Positions 56,801 through 64,000 of a stretch of DNA of 64,000 nucleotides are shown in pieces. The position numbers were made by a program, and so were the translations under genes. Under the pieces are notes generated by a model. That model saw only the letters and a list, made by a program, of their open reading frames with translations. It was not told the DNA's origin and did no database searches. Source of the stretch: Candidatus Portnoybacteria bacterium (GTDB lineage Bacteria > Patescibacteriota > Minisyncoccia > Portnoybacterales > GWB1-42-6); assembly GCA_028688325.1 (NCBI GenBank), contig JAQTYI010000001.1, positions 104,820-168,819 on the forward strand, given 5' to 3'. Within the stretch, counting starts at the first letter, position 1; every line of letters begins with the position of its first letter.

Positions 56801-59800
56801 AAGCTGTCATAGAAGCCGCCGGTCAGGGCGAAGTTGCCCGAGACCGAGAACTTCTGGTAAGGCGAGGAGGTGGCAACGCCGATGTTGCCATTCTTATCCA
56901 CGATGAAGCGGGTAGCGGTGGAAGAGCCAATAGCAAAGGCGTCGCTGCCGGCGGGGGCGTTGACGGAAAGAAGAGCGGCCGGAGAGGAGGTGCCGACGCC
57001 AAAGTTGCCGGAAGAATTTATACGGAAGACATCTGAGTAAGCCAGCGAGCCGGTTGGCGAGCGCTTGATGGCAAAGTAATCATTCTGGCCGCCTAAGGTA
57101 ATATTCCAGGCCGAATAGACATCATTGATAAGGGCGCCCTGGGAGTTGTCGTTGGAGGAGAGAACCAGGTCTCCGGTGCTGGGTGCAATGTAGGCCTGGT
57201 AGGAAAGGTTGCCGGTGGCCTGGTAGTTTTGAAGAGTGAGAAGCCGGGTGTCGCCGGAAGCTTTGCTCTCGTAAAGATGGAGTTTGCCCACGGCCGCGGT
57301 GGTGGAGGCCATGCCAATGCCAACATTGCCGGTGGTGTTAAACCACAGGTTGTTGGAACCAAAGTTGGCTGAAGAGATGGCGGTGCGCAAATCTACCGGG
57401 ACGGTGTGGGTGTCCCCGTCGGTCTGGGTAACCAAGAGCATCATTGACTGGCCGGCCTGGATAGTATCGCCCGAACCCGCGTAGGTGGTTTCGGTGAAGG
57501 TGAGGTCGCCGGTCACAACATTCCGGCCATAGATATTGTTGAATCGCCGGTCGCCGGAACCCAAATTATAAAAAATGTCGGAAGTCGGCACTAAGCTACC
57601 GACCGTGGTCGTGCCGGTCGTATTGATGTTTCCGCTATTCCAGTTAGCAACATCTTCCGCCGTAATCAAAGCCGCGGTGCTGGAAGCAAAAATCGGGTCG
57701 GTCTCCGCCACCAGGCCACCATCACTACTAATCTCGCCCCAGCTTGAAATACACTCCCCGCCCAAGCACAATACGCCGGTGGTGGTGGTAGCGGTAACCG
57801 ACAGACCGTTAAGCGTTAGTTGGGAAAGAATGGAGGCGCCGGAAAGCAGGTCTACTTTGGAGTTGAGTTCCTGAATACCGGCTGTCAGAATTGCCTCAAA
57901 GCCGGAGGGATTATACCAATAGTATTCGTCGCCGCCCTGTTTGACCATTTCCGGAATAACATCCATCAATTCCTGAGCCACGAAGCCATACATCACGCTG
58001 TCAGTGGAGGTGCCATAGAGCTGTTGGTGCAAACTATTCCATTCATATTTGATGGGGCGGAGCCGCGATAAAGTATCTAAGGCCGTGCCATTCAGATCAG
58101 CCAGAATGTTCTTTAGACGGCTGTCAGACAAATCGCTCCAAGCTGTGCCGCCCACGGTCTTGCCGGCTGAACCGGTAACCTGCAAGGTATTGGATGAGGG
58201 GTTAGTCGTCCCGATGCCGACATTGCCGTTATTTTTTATGACCATCTTGGTATTGTCTGTAATGTTATATATATTGGAATCGCTGCTGTCGTCTATGGCA
58301 AAAAACATATCTTGCATTCCGTAGGACGCGCCCGTTGCCTGAGTTACTATAGCCGCTTTTGGAACGCCCACTATATTATTGGCAAATTCGTAGCCGACAA
58401 TCCCAGCATCAGCCACATTGTGCTCAACTAAAATTTTTGAGTTGCTACCATAGACGGTCAAACTACGAGCCGGATCTGTCGTTCCGATGCCGACATTGCC
58501 GCCGGAATTAATAACCATTTGCTGAGAACCATTAGTTCTAAATGTCATTTCGTTTGCTGAATGGTTATACCATAATGCTCCCGGATACTCCGCTTGCGGA
58601 TCTCCCCACATCAAACCAGCCTCCACAGTATTAGGAGTTTGAAATTGTAAAAAAGTTTGAGTATTACTTTCAATGGTCATTCCTACTTCTGCTGATCTAG
58701 CCGTTCCACCAGAAGCACCTAAATAACTATGTAATTTAGACAACGGATTCGCCGTCCCGATTCCGACATTCCCGCTGGCCAGCACAGTAAATAAGGTTGA
58801 AGTAGCCGTTCCGGCAGTGGTGCTCGCGATAGTGAAGAGCGGCGTGTTGGCAGGAGTGGTTGCGCTGTTTGAAATGGAAAGTAGAGAATATGGCGAGGTG
58901 GTGCCGATGCCAAAGTTGCCGGCGCTGGTGAGAATCATCTGGCCCACGCCGCTGCCAGATGTGGCGCCGTTGGAGTAGAAGCGCAGGCCATTACCGGTGT
59001 CGGCCGCCATTACTAAATCCGCGCTCGTATCCGCTTCCCACTGGCCGGAGACGCCGATAAGGCCAGAACGCGTAGCGCTCTTGTAGAAGCTAACCGCGCC
59101 GCCGCGGTTATTATTATCAATTTTCAAATCAGCATCTGTTCCCGTGCCGCGGATTTCCAGGAGCGAGCGGGCGGTTGAGGTGCCGATGCCAACATTCCCG
59201 GTATTGTAGTAAACATCGGAGCCCGTAATATTCCAGAGGTTGGAAGAAGGCGCCATTTTGATACAATAGAGAACCGATGTGTTGACCGGCCGGGTTTCGG
59301 TGCCGCCGGTGGAACCGGAATTAAATTGAGAAATGTCTAAAGCGTGGGTGTGGTCGCCAGCGCTTGATGTATTAGTAACTCCAAAGGTGGTATTCGCACC
59401 GGCCCTCACGGTACTTTGATCTGATCCGACAGCAACATCATCATTCAGTATGCTATGCGTATGCGCCCCGTCACTGGAACTGGTCGTTGATGGCGGATCA
59501 ACCGCATGCAAGTGGCTAGCGTTGGTGTAGGTCTGATATGACCCGACAACATCCCCCGTCGTGCCATCGCCTCTGGCGCCGCGGCTGGCTCTGTCCGGGT
59601 CAGAAGTCGAGGCGTTGGCCCAACCTCTTAAGAACACGCCTCGGTAATCCGGCAGTTTAAAGCTGGCGTCCGAACCGCCGTAGGTGTAGCCGATCTCGTT
59701 AAATAAATCCGGATAAGTGGAGGTAGCCACGGTCGCGCCGTTGGCTTCTGACCAGCCAGTCGGACAGGTGGAGGTGGCAAAAGCCGAGACGGTGCCGGTG

Positions 59801-62800
59801 GGCACAGTGTCCACGCTCACATAGTTGGTCTGGCCCGGCGCGCTGATAGATGTCCAGGAGCCGCCGGAGTTTTTGTATTGTACGGTGCCGGAAAAATCTC
59901 TCAAACCATAACCGGAAGTACCGGCCGTGGCGTTGAAATTGATATAGTTATTGGCGCCCGAAAGCATCAAGCTGCCGGCCGCGTCCAAAACTGAAGCGGG
60001 GCTGGCCGTGCCCAAGCCCACAAAGCCACCTGGCGTGATATACAAACTATTAGCCGGCGCGGCCATGTTCACAACCAAGGCGGCGCTGTTACCAGCCACA
60101 AATCCGCCCGAGAGAGTGGAAGTGGCAGTGGTGGTGGTGGCCGTGAAATAGTCAGCTCTGATATCTTGATTGAAAACCCCGCGGCCGGCGACGGCTAAAG
60201 CGGCGTATGGGGAGGTAGTGCCAATTCCCACATTCCCGTTGGCCAGCACCGTCAGAGTTGAAGTCGCTTGCCAGGCAGAATTTTGATAGGTCAAGGTCTG
60301 GCCTTGGGTGCCGACGGGCAAGGTGTCCACTCCTATCGTGAATAAAGTTGAGGTGCTCACCCACTCGGTGGCCGAGCCGGTGGATTTGAGAATGTAGCCG
60401 TTGGCGCCGGCCGAAGACAAGCTGTCATAGAAGCCGCCGGTCAGGGCGAAGTTGCCCGAGACCGAGAACTTCTGGTAAGGCGAGGAGGTGGCAACGCCGA
60501 TGTTGCCATTCTTATCCACGATGAAGCGGGTAGCGGTGGAAGAGCCAATAGCAAAGGCGTCGCTGCCGGCGGGGGCGTTGACGGAAAGAAGAGCGGCCGG
60601 AGAGGAGGTGCCGACGCCAAAGTTGCCGGAAGAATTTATACGGAAGACATCTGAGTAAGCCAGCGAGCCGGTTGGCGAGCGCTTGATGGCAAAGTAATCA
60701 TTCTGGCCGCCTAAGGTAATATTCCAGGCCGAATAGACATCATTGATAAGGGCGCCCTGGGAGTTGTCGTTGGAGGAGAGAACCAGGTCTCCGGTGCTGG
60801 GTGCAATGTAGGCCTGGTAGGAAAGGTTGCCGGTGGCCTGGTAGTTTTGAAGAGTGAGAAGCCGGGTGTCGCCGGAAGCTTTGCTCTCGTAAAGATGGAG
60901 TTTGCCCACGGCCGCGGTGGTGGAGGCCATGCCAATGCCAACATTGCCGGTGGTGTTAAACCACAGGTTGTTGGAACCAAAGTTGGCTGAAGAGATGGCG
61001 GTGCGCAAATCTACCGGGACGGTGTGGGTGTCCCCGTCGGTCTGGGTAACCAAGAGCATCATTGACTGGCCGGCCTGGATAGTATCGCCCGAACCCGCGT
61101 AGGTGGTTTCGGTGAAGGTGAGGTCGCCGGCGATGATATTCTGGCCGTAGATATTGGCGAATTTCCTGTCTGGCGAACCGAGATTGTATGAAAGATTGAT
61201 AGACGGCACCAAGCTGCCCACCGTCGTTGTACCGATTAAGTCAATCTCTCCCCCATCGCCCCAAGCCGTCCGGCAACTATCGCCCAAGCACAACGCGCCA
61301 GTCGTGGTGGTAGCGGTAACCGACAGACCGTTAAGCGTTAGCTGGGAAAGAATGGAGGCGCCGGAAAGCAAGTCTACTTTGGAGTTGAGTTCCTGGGTGG
61401 CCTTTATTAATATTGGCACAAACTTTGAATAAGCTACTGTTTTATAACCATCCTCCCCTTCACCAACCAACTGAGGAAAAATACTTTCTATTTCCTGCGC
61501 AATCACGCCAATATCGTTGGCTGCGACCTGATGGTCAGAAATAAAACTATATTCCCTAACCTTTATATTGTTCAAATCGCTCAAATAGCCCCGCGCGTCA
61601 ACAATATTTTCTTTTAATCTAATATCTGATATGCCGCCGTATGAGTTGTCGTGGTTTTGGACATCGCCATCGGAATAAATAATAACCCGCGCAGTTGTAC
61701 TGTCTTGTCCTTTAAATAAATAACTGCTGTTATCATCTGGAGAGCCGCCGCTAAAAGAGACATAAATACCCAAAGGAACGGTAGCATTCGTATTAACAAA
61801 TTGAGCGGCTAAGGATTGTTCGCCGGTTTGTACCTGTAATTTATACTCCGGCGCCGCCGTCCCGATTCCGATGTTGCCGGTCGAGTCCATTCTCATCAAT
61901 ACCGCGTCTGAGGAGTTGACGATATACAAGGGGGACTCAGATGCTCCAGCTTTGATGGAGACCGTGGAAGCGGGAGTGGAAGTGCCCACGCCGAACTTGG
62001 AGCCGGTATCAACATAGACATTGCCATTGTCACCGTTATTGCCAGCGATGGTCATCAGGCCGTTGGAATCAACGCCAATCGTGCCGTATTTGGTGTCGCT
62101 ATAAGCCAGCGTTAATTGGGAAGAGCCGGTTGACTTGAGGGACAAAAGGGACATGGGCGAAGTTGTTCCGATGCCGACATTGCCGTTATTCAAAATGGTT
62201 AAAGCCGCCGGGGTTGAAGTGGCATAGGAATCGGTGGAAGTGCCAACATATAAGTTCCCGCCCATACTTGATAGCAACCAATGTTTCAAATTGGCAGAAG
62301 CGGAATAGTCCGAAAGGGCCAGCGATGGACGCGTGCCGGAGATTTGGGTCTTCCAGGCCGGACTCGTCGTCCCGATCCCGACATTGCCGCTCTTTATCAC
62401 CATACTGACGGTGTCGGTAACGCCGGAAACAAACCCCAGAGTATTAGCTCCGACCCAATACATGCCAGTATCCGTATCCCCGTCAAAAGAATATGTCGGC
62501 CAATTAACATTTCCCGCGGTATCGCTGTCAATTAAAAATGTGCCGGTGGTGCCAGAGCCCACGATTGAGCCGTCGTCCCAAATGCCCATACGCCGGGTGC
62601 CGTTGGTGGAAATACCGATAACATTGGCGCTCATGCTATAAATACCAGTATTCGGATCGCTCCCAAAGGTATATGAAGGCAAAGCCGCCGAGCCGTTCGA
62701 GGCATAGAACATCCCGCTCGTTTCAATATTGCCCAAAGCGTAAAAATTGCCGCTTGTGCCAAGGTTGCCGGTGGAAGTGGCGGCGCCGGAGATGCTCAAT

Positions 62801-63999
62801 GCGCCGCCAAGAACGGCGGCGCCGGTGACGGACAAATTCCCGCCGGTATAAAGAGCGCCGCCAAAGTATCCCATACCCGTACTCTGCACGACTCCCGCGG
62901 TGGTGGTGGCAATGCCCACTCCCAAACCGCCGGCCATGTAAGTATTGCCGGTGACCGAATCCACGGTCAGATAAGTGGTGTTCACTGAAAAGTTGCCAGC
63001 AACATTCAACGCGCCGTCAACCTGCAAATCCGAGCCAAAAGTGGAAGCGCCGGAAAAATAGGCCGAGCCCTCCACCGATAATTTCTTGAACGGGGAGGTC
63101 GTGCCAATGCCAATGTTACCATTATTTAAAAGAGTTAACGCGGCCGGCGAACTCGTGGCATACGAATCCGTGGAGGTGCCAACATACAAATTCCCACCCA
63201 TAGAAGATACAAGCCAATGCTTCAGGTTCGTTCCGGCCGAAGAGTCAGAGAGCGCCAAGGAGGGCCGCGTACCGTTAACTTGCAGTTTCCAGTAGGGAGT
63301 GGTCGTGCCGATGCCAACATTGTAGGAGATATCGTTTACATAAATACTTGAGCCGCTCTTATCCCAATAGATCGCCGAACTGCCGACCAGTGCCGTGCCG
63401 TTCCAATAAAGCGCGCCGCTCAACGAGTAAAGCCGGTTATCGGTCGCCACCGGCGCGACTGTATCGCCGATTATGATATTGCCGTTGCTGGCCACGCCAA
63501 AGGGCGGATTGCCGGAAACTTTGGTGGAAGTTGAAATGAAAAAGTCGTTAGTGTCGTTGGAATTAAAATCCGTGCCGATGACGAACTGTTCCCCGCTGGT
63601 GCTGTCGCCATAAAACAAAGCTCGCGTGGTGTGTGAAGCGGTATCGTTATTGATAATACGCAAGCCGTATTTGATATCGCCGGTGGCGCGGCCGTTGGCC
63701 AAAATATCAAGATGCGAAGTCGGGGTGGTGGTGCCGATTCCAACCAAACCGTTGACCACGAATTCGGCGCTCGGATTGGTGTAGCCAATGCCGATGTTCC
63801 CTGATGAATTCATATACAAACCGTTATTGGAGCCGGTTTTGATTTGAATGTCGCGCACCTGGCCCACGCCGCCCTGAGCCGTGGCGATGATAAAAACATC
63901 CGTGCCGGAAAATCCAATATTGGCCTTTTCATAATTATTGCCGGTGCGCGTCCAAACATTCAAACCGGCAGTTCCCAAATTTGCTTCCTTCCAGCGCAA
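53623..63999 (-). CDS. Giant repetitive surface protein (C-terminal 3458 aa; N-terminus beyond window) with S74-like intramolecular chaperone modules
   Basis: Single ORF open to the window edge. GN(V/I)GIGTTSP repeats. SD(I/S/R)RLKENI(V)... modules occur at least 3 times. C-terminal (TP)n linker. Confidence 0.75.
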   Translation of the reverse strand: MRWKEANLGTAGLNVWTRTGNNYEKANIGFSGTDVFIIATAQGGVGQVRDIQIKTGSNNGLYMNSSGNIGIGYTNPSAEFVVNGLVGIGTTTPTSHLDILANGRATGDIKYGLRIINNDTASHTTRALFYGDSTSGEQFVIGTDFNSNDTNDFFISTSTKVSGNPPFGVASNGNIIIGDTVAPVATDNRLYSLSGALYWNGTALVGSSAIYWDKSGSSIYVNDISYNVGIGTTTPYWKLQVNGTRPSLALSDSSAGTNLKHWLVSSMGGNLYVGTSTDSYATSSPAALTLLNNGNIGIGTTSPFKKLSVEGSAYFSGASTFGSDLQVDGALNVAGNFSVNTTYLTVDSVTGNTYMAGGLGVGIATTTAGVVQSTGMGYFGGALYTGGNLSVTGAAVLGGALSISGAATSTGNLGTSGNFYALGNIETSGMFYASNGSAALPSYTFGSDPNTGIYSMSANVIGISTNGTRRMGIWDDGSIVGSGTTGTFLIDSDTAGNVNWPTYSFDGDTDTGMYWVGANTLGFVSGVTDTVSMVIKSGNVGIGTTSPAWKTQISGTRPSLALSDYSASANLKHWLLSSMGGNLYVGTSTDSYATSTPAALTILNNGNVGIGTTSPMSLLSLKSTGSSQLTLAYSDTKYGTIGVDSNGLMTIAGNNGDNGNVYVDTGSKFGVGTSTPASTVSIKAGASESPLYIVNSSDAVLMRMDSTGNIGIGTAAPEYKLQVQTGEQSLAAQFVNTNATVPLGIYVSFSGGSPDDNSSYLFKGQDSTTARVIIYSDGDVQNHDNSYGGISDIRLKENIVDARGYLSDLNNIKVREYSFISDHQVAANDIGVIAQEIESIFPQLVGEGEDGYKTVAYSKFVPILIKATQELNSKVDLLSGASILSQLTLNGLSVTATTTTGALCLGDSCRTAWGDGGEIDLIGTTTVGSLVPSINLSYNLGSPDRKFANIYGQNIIAGDLTFTETTYAGSGDTIQAGQSMMLLVTQTDGDTHTVPVDLRTAISSANFGSNNLWFNTTGNVGIGMASTTAAVGKLHLYESKASGDTRLLTLQNYQATGNLSYQAYIAPSTGDLVLSSNDNSQGALINDVYSAWNITLGGQNDYFAIKRSPTGSLAYSDVFRINSSGNFGVGTSSPAALLSVNAPAGSDAFAIGSSTATRFIVDKNGNIGVATSSPYQKFSVSGNFALTGGFYDSLSSAGANGYILKSTGSATEWVSTSTLFTIGVDTLPVGTQGQTLTYQNSAWQATSTLTVLANGNVGIGTTSPYAALAVAGRGVFNQDIRADYFTATTTTATSTLSGGFVAGNSAALVVNMAAPANSLYITPGGFVGLGTASPASVLDAAGSLMLSGANNYINFNATAGTSGYGLRDFSGTVQYKNSGGSWTSISAPGQTNYVSVDTVPTGTVSAFATSTCPTGWSEANGATVATSTYPDLFNEIGYTYGGSDASFKLPDYRGVFLRGWANASTSDPDRASRGARGDGTTGDVVGSYQTYTNASHLHAVDPPSTTSSSDGAHTHSILNDDVAVGSDQSTVRAGANTTFGVTNTSSAGDHTHALDISQFNSGSTGGTETRPVNTSVLYCIKMAPSSNLWNITGSDVYYNTGNVGIGTSTARSLLEIRGTGTDADLKIDNNNRGGAVSFYKSATRSGLIGVSGQWEADTSADLVMAADTGNGLRFYSNGATSGSGVGQMILTSAGNFGIGTTSPYSLLSISNSATTPANTPLFTIASTTAGTATSTLFTVLASGNVGIGTANPLSKLHSYLGASGGTARSAEVGMTIESNTQTFLQFQTPNTVEAGLMWGDPQAEYPGALWYNHSANEMTFRTNGSQQMVINSGGNVGIGTTDPARSLTVYGSNSKILVEHNVADAGIVGYEFANNIVGVPKAAIVTQATGASYGMQDMFFAIDDSSDSNIYNITDNTKMVIKNNGNVGIGTTNPSSNTLQVTGSAGKTVGGTAWSDLSDSRLKNILADLNGTALDTLSRLRPIKYEWNSLHQQLYGTSTDSVMYGFVAQELMDVIPEMVKQGGDEYYWYNPSGFEAILTAGIQELNSKVDLLSGASILSQLTLNGLSVTATTTTGVLCLGGECISSWGEISSDGGLVAETDPIFASSTAALITAEDVANWNSGNINTTGTTTVGSLVPTSDIFYNLGSGDRRFNNIYGRNVVTGDLTFTETTYAGSGDTIQAGQSMMLLVTQTDGDTHTVPVDLRTAISSANFGSNNLWFNTTGNVGIGMASTTAAVGKLHLYESKASGDTRLLTLQNYQATGNLSYQAYIAPSTGDLVLSSNDNSQGALINDVYSAWNITLGGQNDYFAIKRSPTGSLAYSDVFRINSSGNFGVGTSSPAALLSVNAPAGSDAFAIGSSTATRFIVDKNGNIGVATSSPYQKFSVSGNFALTGGFYDSLSSAGANGYILKSTGSATEWVSTSTLFTIGVNTLPVGTQGQTLTYQDSAWQATSTLTVSANGNVGIGTTTPWSTLSVNAPAGAHSFSIGSSTGTYFTVDENGNVGIGTAAPIGQLHVVPSAGKSSVIIYPADSSNIGLDVDGTDSFRGLYVRGASASNNILGYLGVGTGTAPAAKLGVVGNLAVGATYGTLAAPTSGAIIEGSVGIGTTSPYSLLSISNSATTLANTPLFTIASTTAGTATSTLLTVLANGSVGIGTSTPNNVLTLHNDTTPAIGITTGDGTIAWTMGIDTADANKFKIASSTAVGTSDRLTIDGNGNVGIGTNSPEAKLHVYSVSGVNGTIRLSSANGKIDMLVNDANDNMKFINYSTAGSGTNFGNFMFFTNNDATTPVMQISKNGNVGIGTASPGYKLDVNAGSDNVILNLTTTGNGGVELTGDYPFLDLIDKDSPQTWRIQHMTDTGRLMFQEIDGATNPQRMTIDTSGNVGIGTANISARLKVGGSGTTSGTYGLIVVDSNDSATLVIRDDGYAEIKAASWVYGSDRRLKENVVNLGRGLEIILQLNPVRFDYINGQTNQLGFIAQEVQSVIPEAVVVTNPATGMLGLKTDFIIPYLVNSIQALYASSSPLFSGISIASDISTTSPFMSVDALGNIGIGTSTPATSTGIRLAVGGDIGATGFVNLSTREAKKDIEYLSSADYENVLAKITNAKVATYYYNSDEVCHPELGSGSQTLNQVQGDNSGSGGCNKRLGLIAEEAPLEVLSADGKGVDLYKLSSFTLAGVKTLSGKVDEVKIKTDSLETRLATLENTVASGALSAQTNFNQVLETLGGDKIELAPSSIVALVDNLYASVIGGLRQMGLIVGQGIVQAQKLAANILQADKLAINTTPAQGDATIGSSQINVGEMDTYIMNNQVSTTTKIFVTPDMPVAMGICERHSQPEYVGSVERPQGFRVCMNASSTQIIGFSWWIVDTVAENTRQAEIPLATPTPTATPLITPEATPTPTPAATPTPTSTPTPTPTPTPTPTPTPLTTPEATPTPTPTPTSTPLTTPEATPTPTPTS
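56590..57885. repeat. Internal duplication copy 1 within the giant gene
   Basis: Near-identical to 60210-61395, with an offset of 3618 bp that shrinks to 3522 bp after a 96-bp indel. Confidence 0.8.
60210..61395. repeat. Internal duplication copy 2 within the giant gene
   Basis: See copy 1. The identical shadow ORFs 57093-57362/60711-60980 and 57284-57484/60902-61102 confirm the identity. Confidence 0.8.
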
Positions 64000-64000
64000 A

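Noticed and set aside
53623-63999. Dozens of 60-130-aa plus-strand and alternative-frame ORFs inside the giant gene, e.g. 55850-56242, 57093-57362, 60711-60980, 58049-58324.
   Set aside because: These are shadow ORFs created by the GC-rich, repeat-rich coding sequence. They lie antisense or out of frame to one continuous 3458-aa ORF. The identical pairs simply reflect the internal duplication.

Overview
This 64-kb window looks like a gene-dense, small-genome bacterium. The gene content resembles Patescibacteria/CPR: a type IV pilus (T4P) operon, a giant repetitive surface protein and many small ORFs. This placement is inference only.

Layout from left to right:
(1) 1-4.5 kb, minus strand: a split polyketide synthase (PKS)-like ketosynthase and discrete acyltransferase, a polytopic membrane acyltransferase-like protein, and a secreted alpha/beta hydrolase.
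(2) 4.7-14.3 kb, minus strand: a complete T4P operon, pilM-pilN-pilO-x-pilB-(CheY-like receiver)-pilT-pilC-pilin-pilin-pilD. Each of the two pilin genes is followed by the same duplicated terminator hairpin.
(3) 14.5-20 kb: a solute-binding protein, a tripartite tricarboxylate transporter (tctA and tctB on the plus strand, a Bug/TctC-like binding protein on the minus strand), and hypotheticals.
(4) 20.7-24.3 kb: a SAM-dependent methyltransferase, a PaaK/F390-synthetase-like adenylating enzyme, and a membrane-anchored hypothetical.
(5) 24.4-52.3 kb, all on the minus strand: the most striking region. It is a tightly packed array of 13 radical SAM (rSAM) genes.
- Eleven of the 13 are ~290-450 aa paralogs. 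They share CxxxCxxC, GGEP, TNG, SxHGxxxxHD and AAKGSF motifs and a C-terminal C-x2-C-x5-C twitch/SPASM-like domain.
- One paralog carries an extra N-terminal copy of that C-terminal domain, i.e. a fusion.
- Interspersed genes: an A24-type (prepilin-peptidase-like) aspartyl peptidase domain fused to a large membrane protein, an SGNH hydrolase, a NodU/CmcH/TobZ-family carbamoyltransferase, a GT2, a GT-C-like membrane protein, a class III aminotransferase, a GT4, and several small or Cys-containing ORFs.
- The upstream end of the array matches the architecture of the bioinformatically defined His-Xaa-Ser (Hxs) system. An SPASM rSAM is HxsB-like and a second rSAM is HxsC-like.
- Between them sits a 132-aa signal-peptide protein whose core is about 25 tandem 9-bp units encoding (H-A/G-S)n, i.e. 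HxsA-like. It has its own near-consensus sigma70-like promoter and an intrinsic terminator.
(6) 52.9-53.6 kb: a COG1943-type Y1 (IS200-like) transposase gene, with inverted-complement copies of a short hairpin. One copy lies inside the coding sequence.
(7) 53.6-64.0 kb: the C-terminal 3458 aa of a giant surface protein that continues off the window. It has GNVGIGT-type repeats and at least three peptidase-S74 (tail-fibre intramolecular chaperone)-like modules. It also has an internal ~1.3-kb near-identical duplication and a Thr-Pro-rich C-terminal linker.

No rRNA, tRNA or CRISPR array was recognised by eye.
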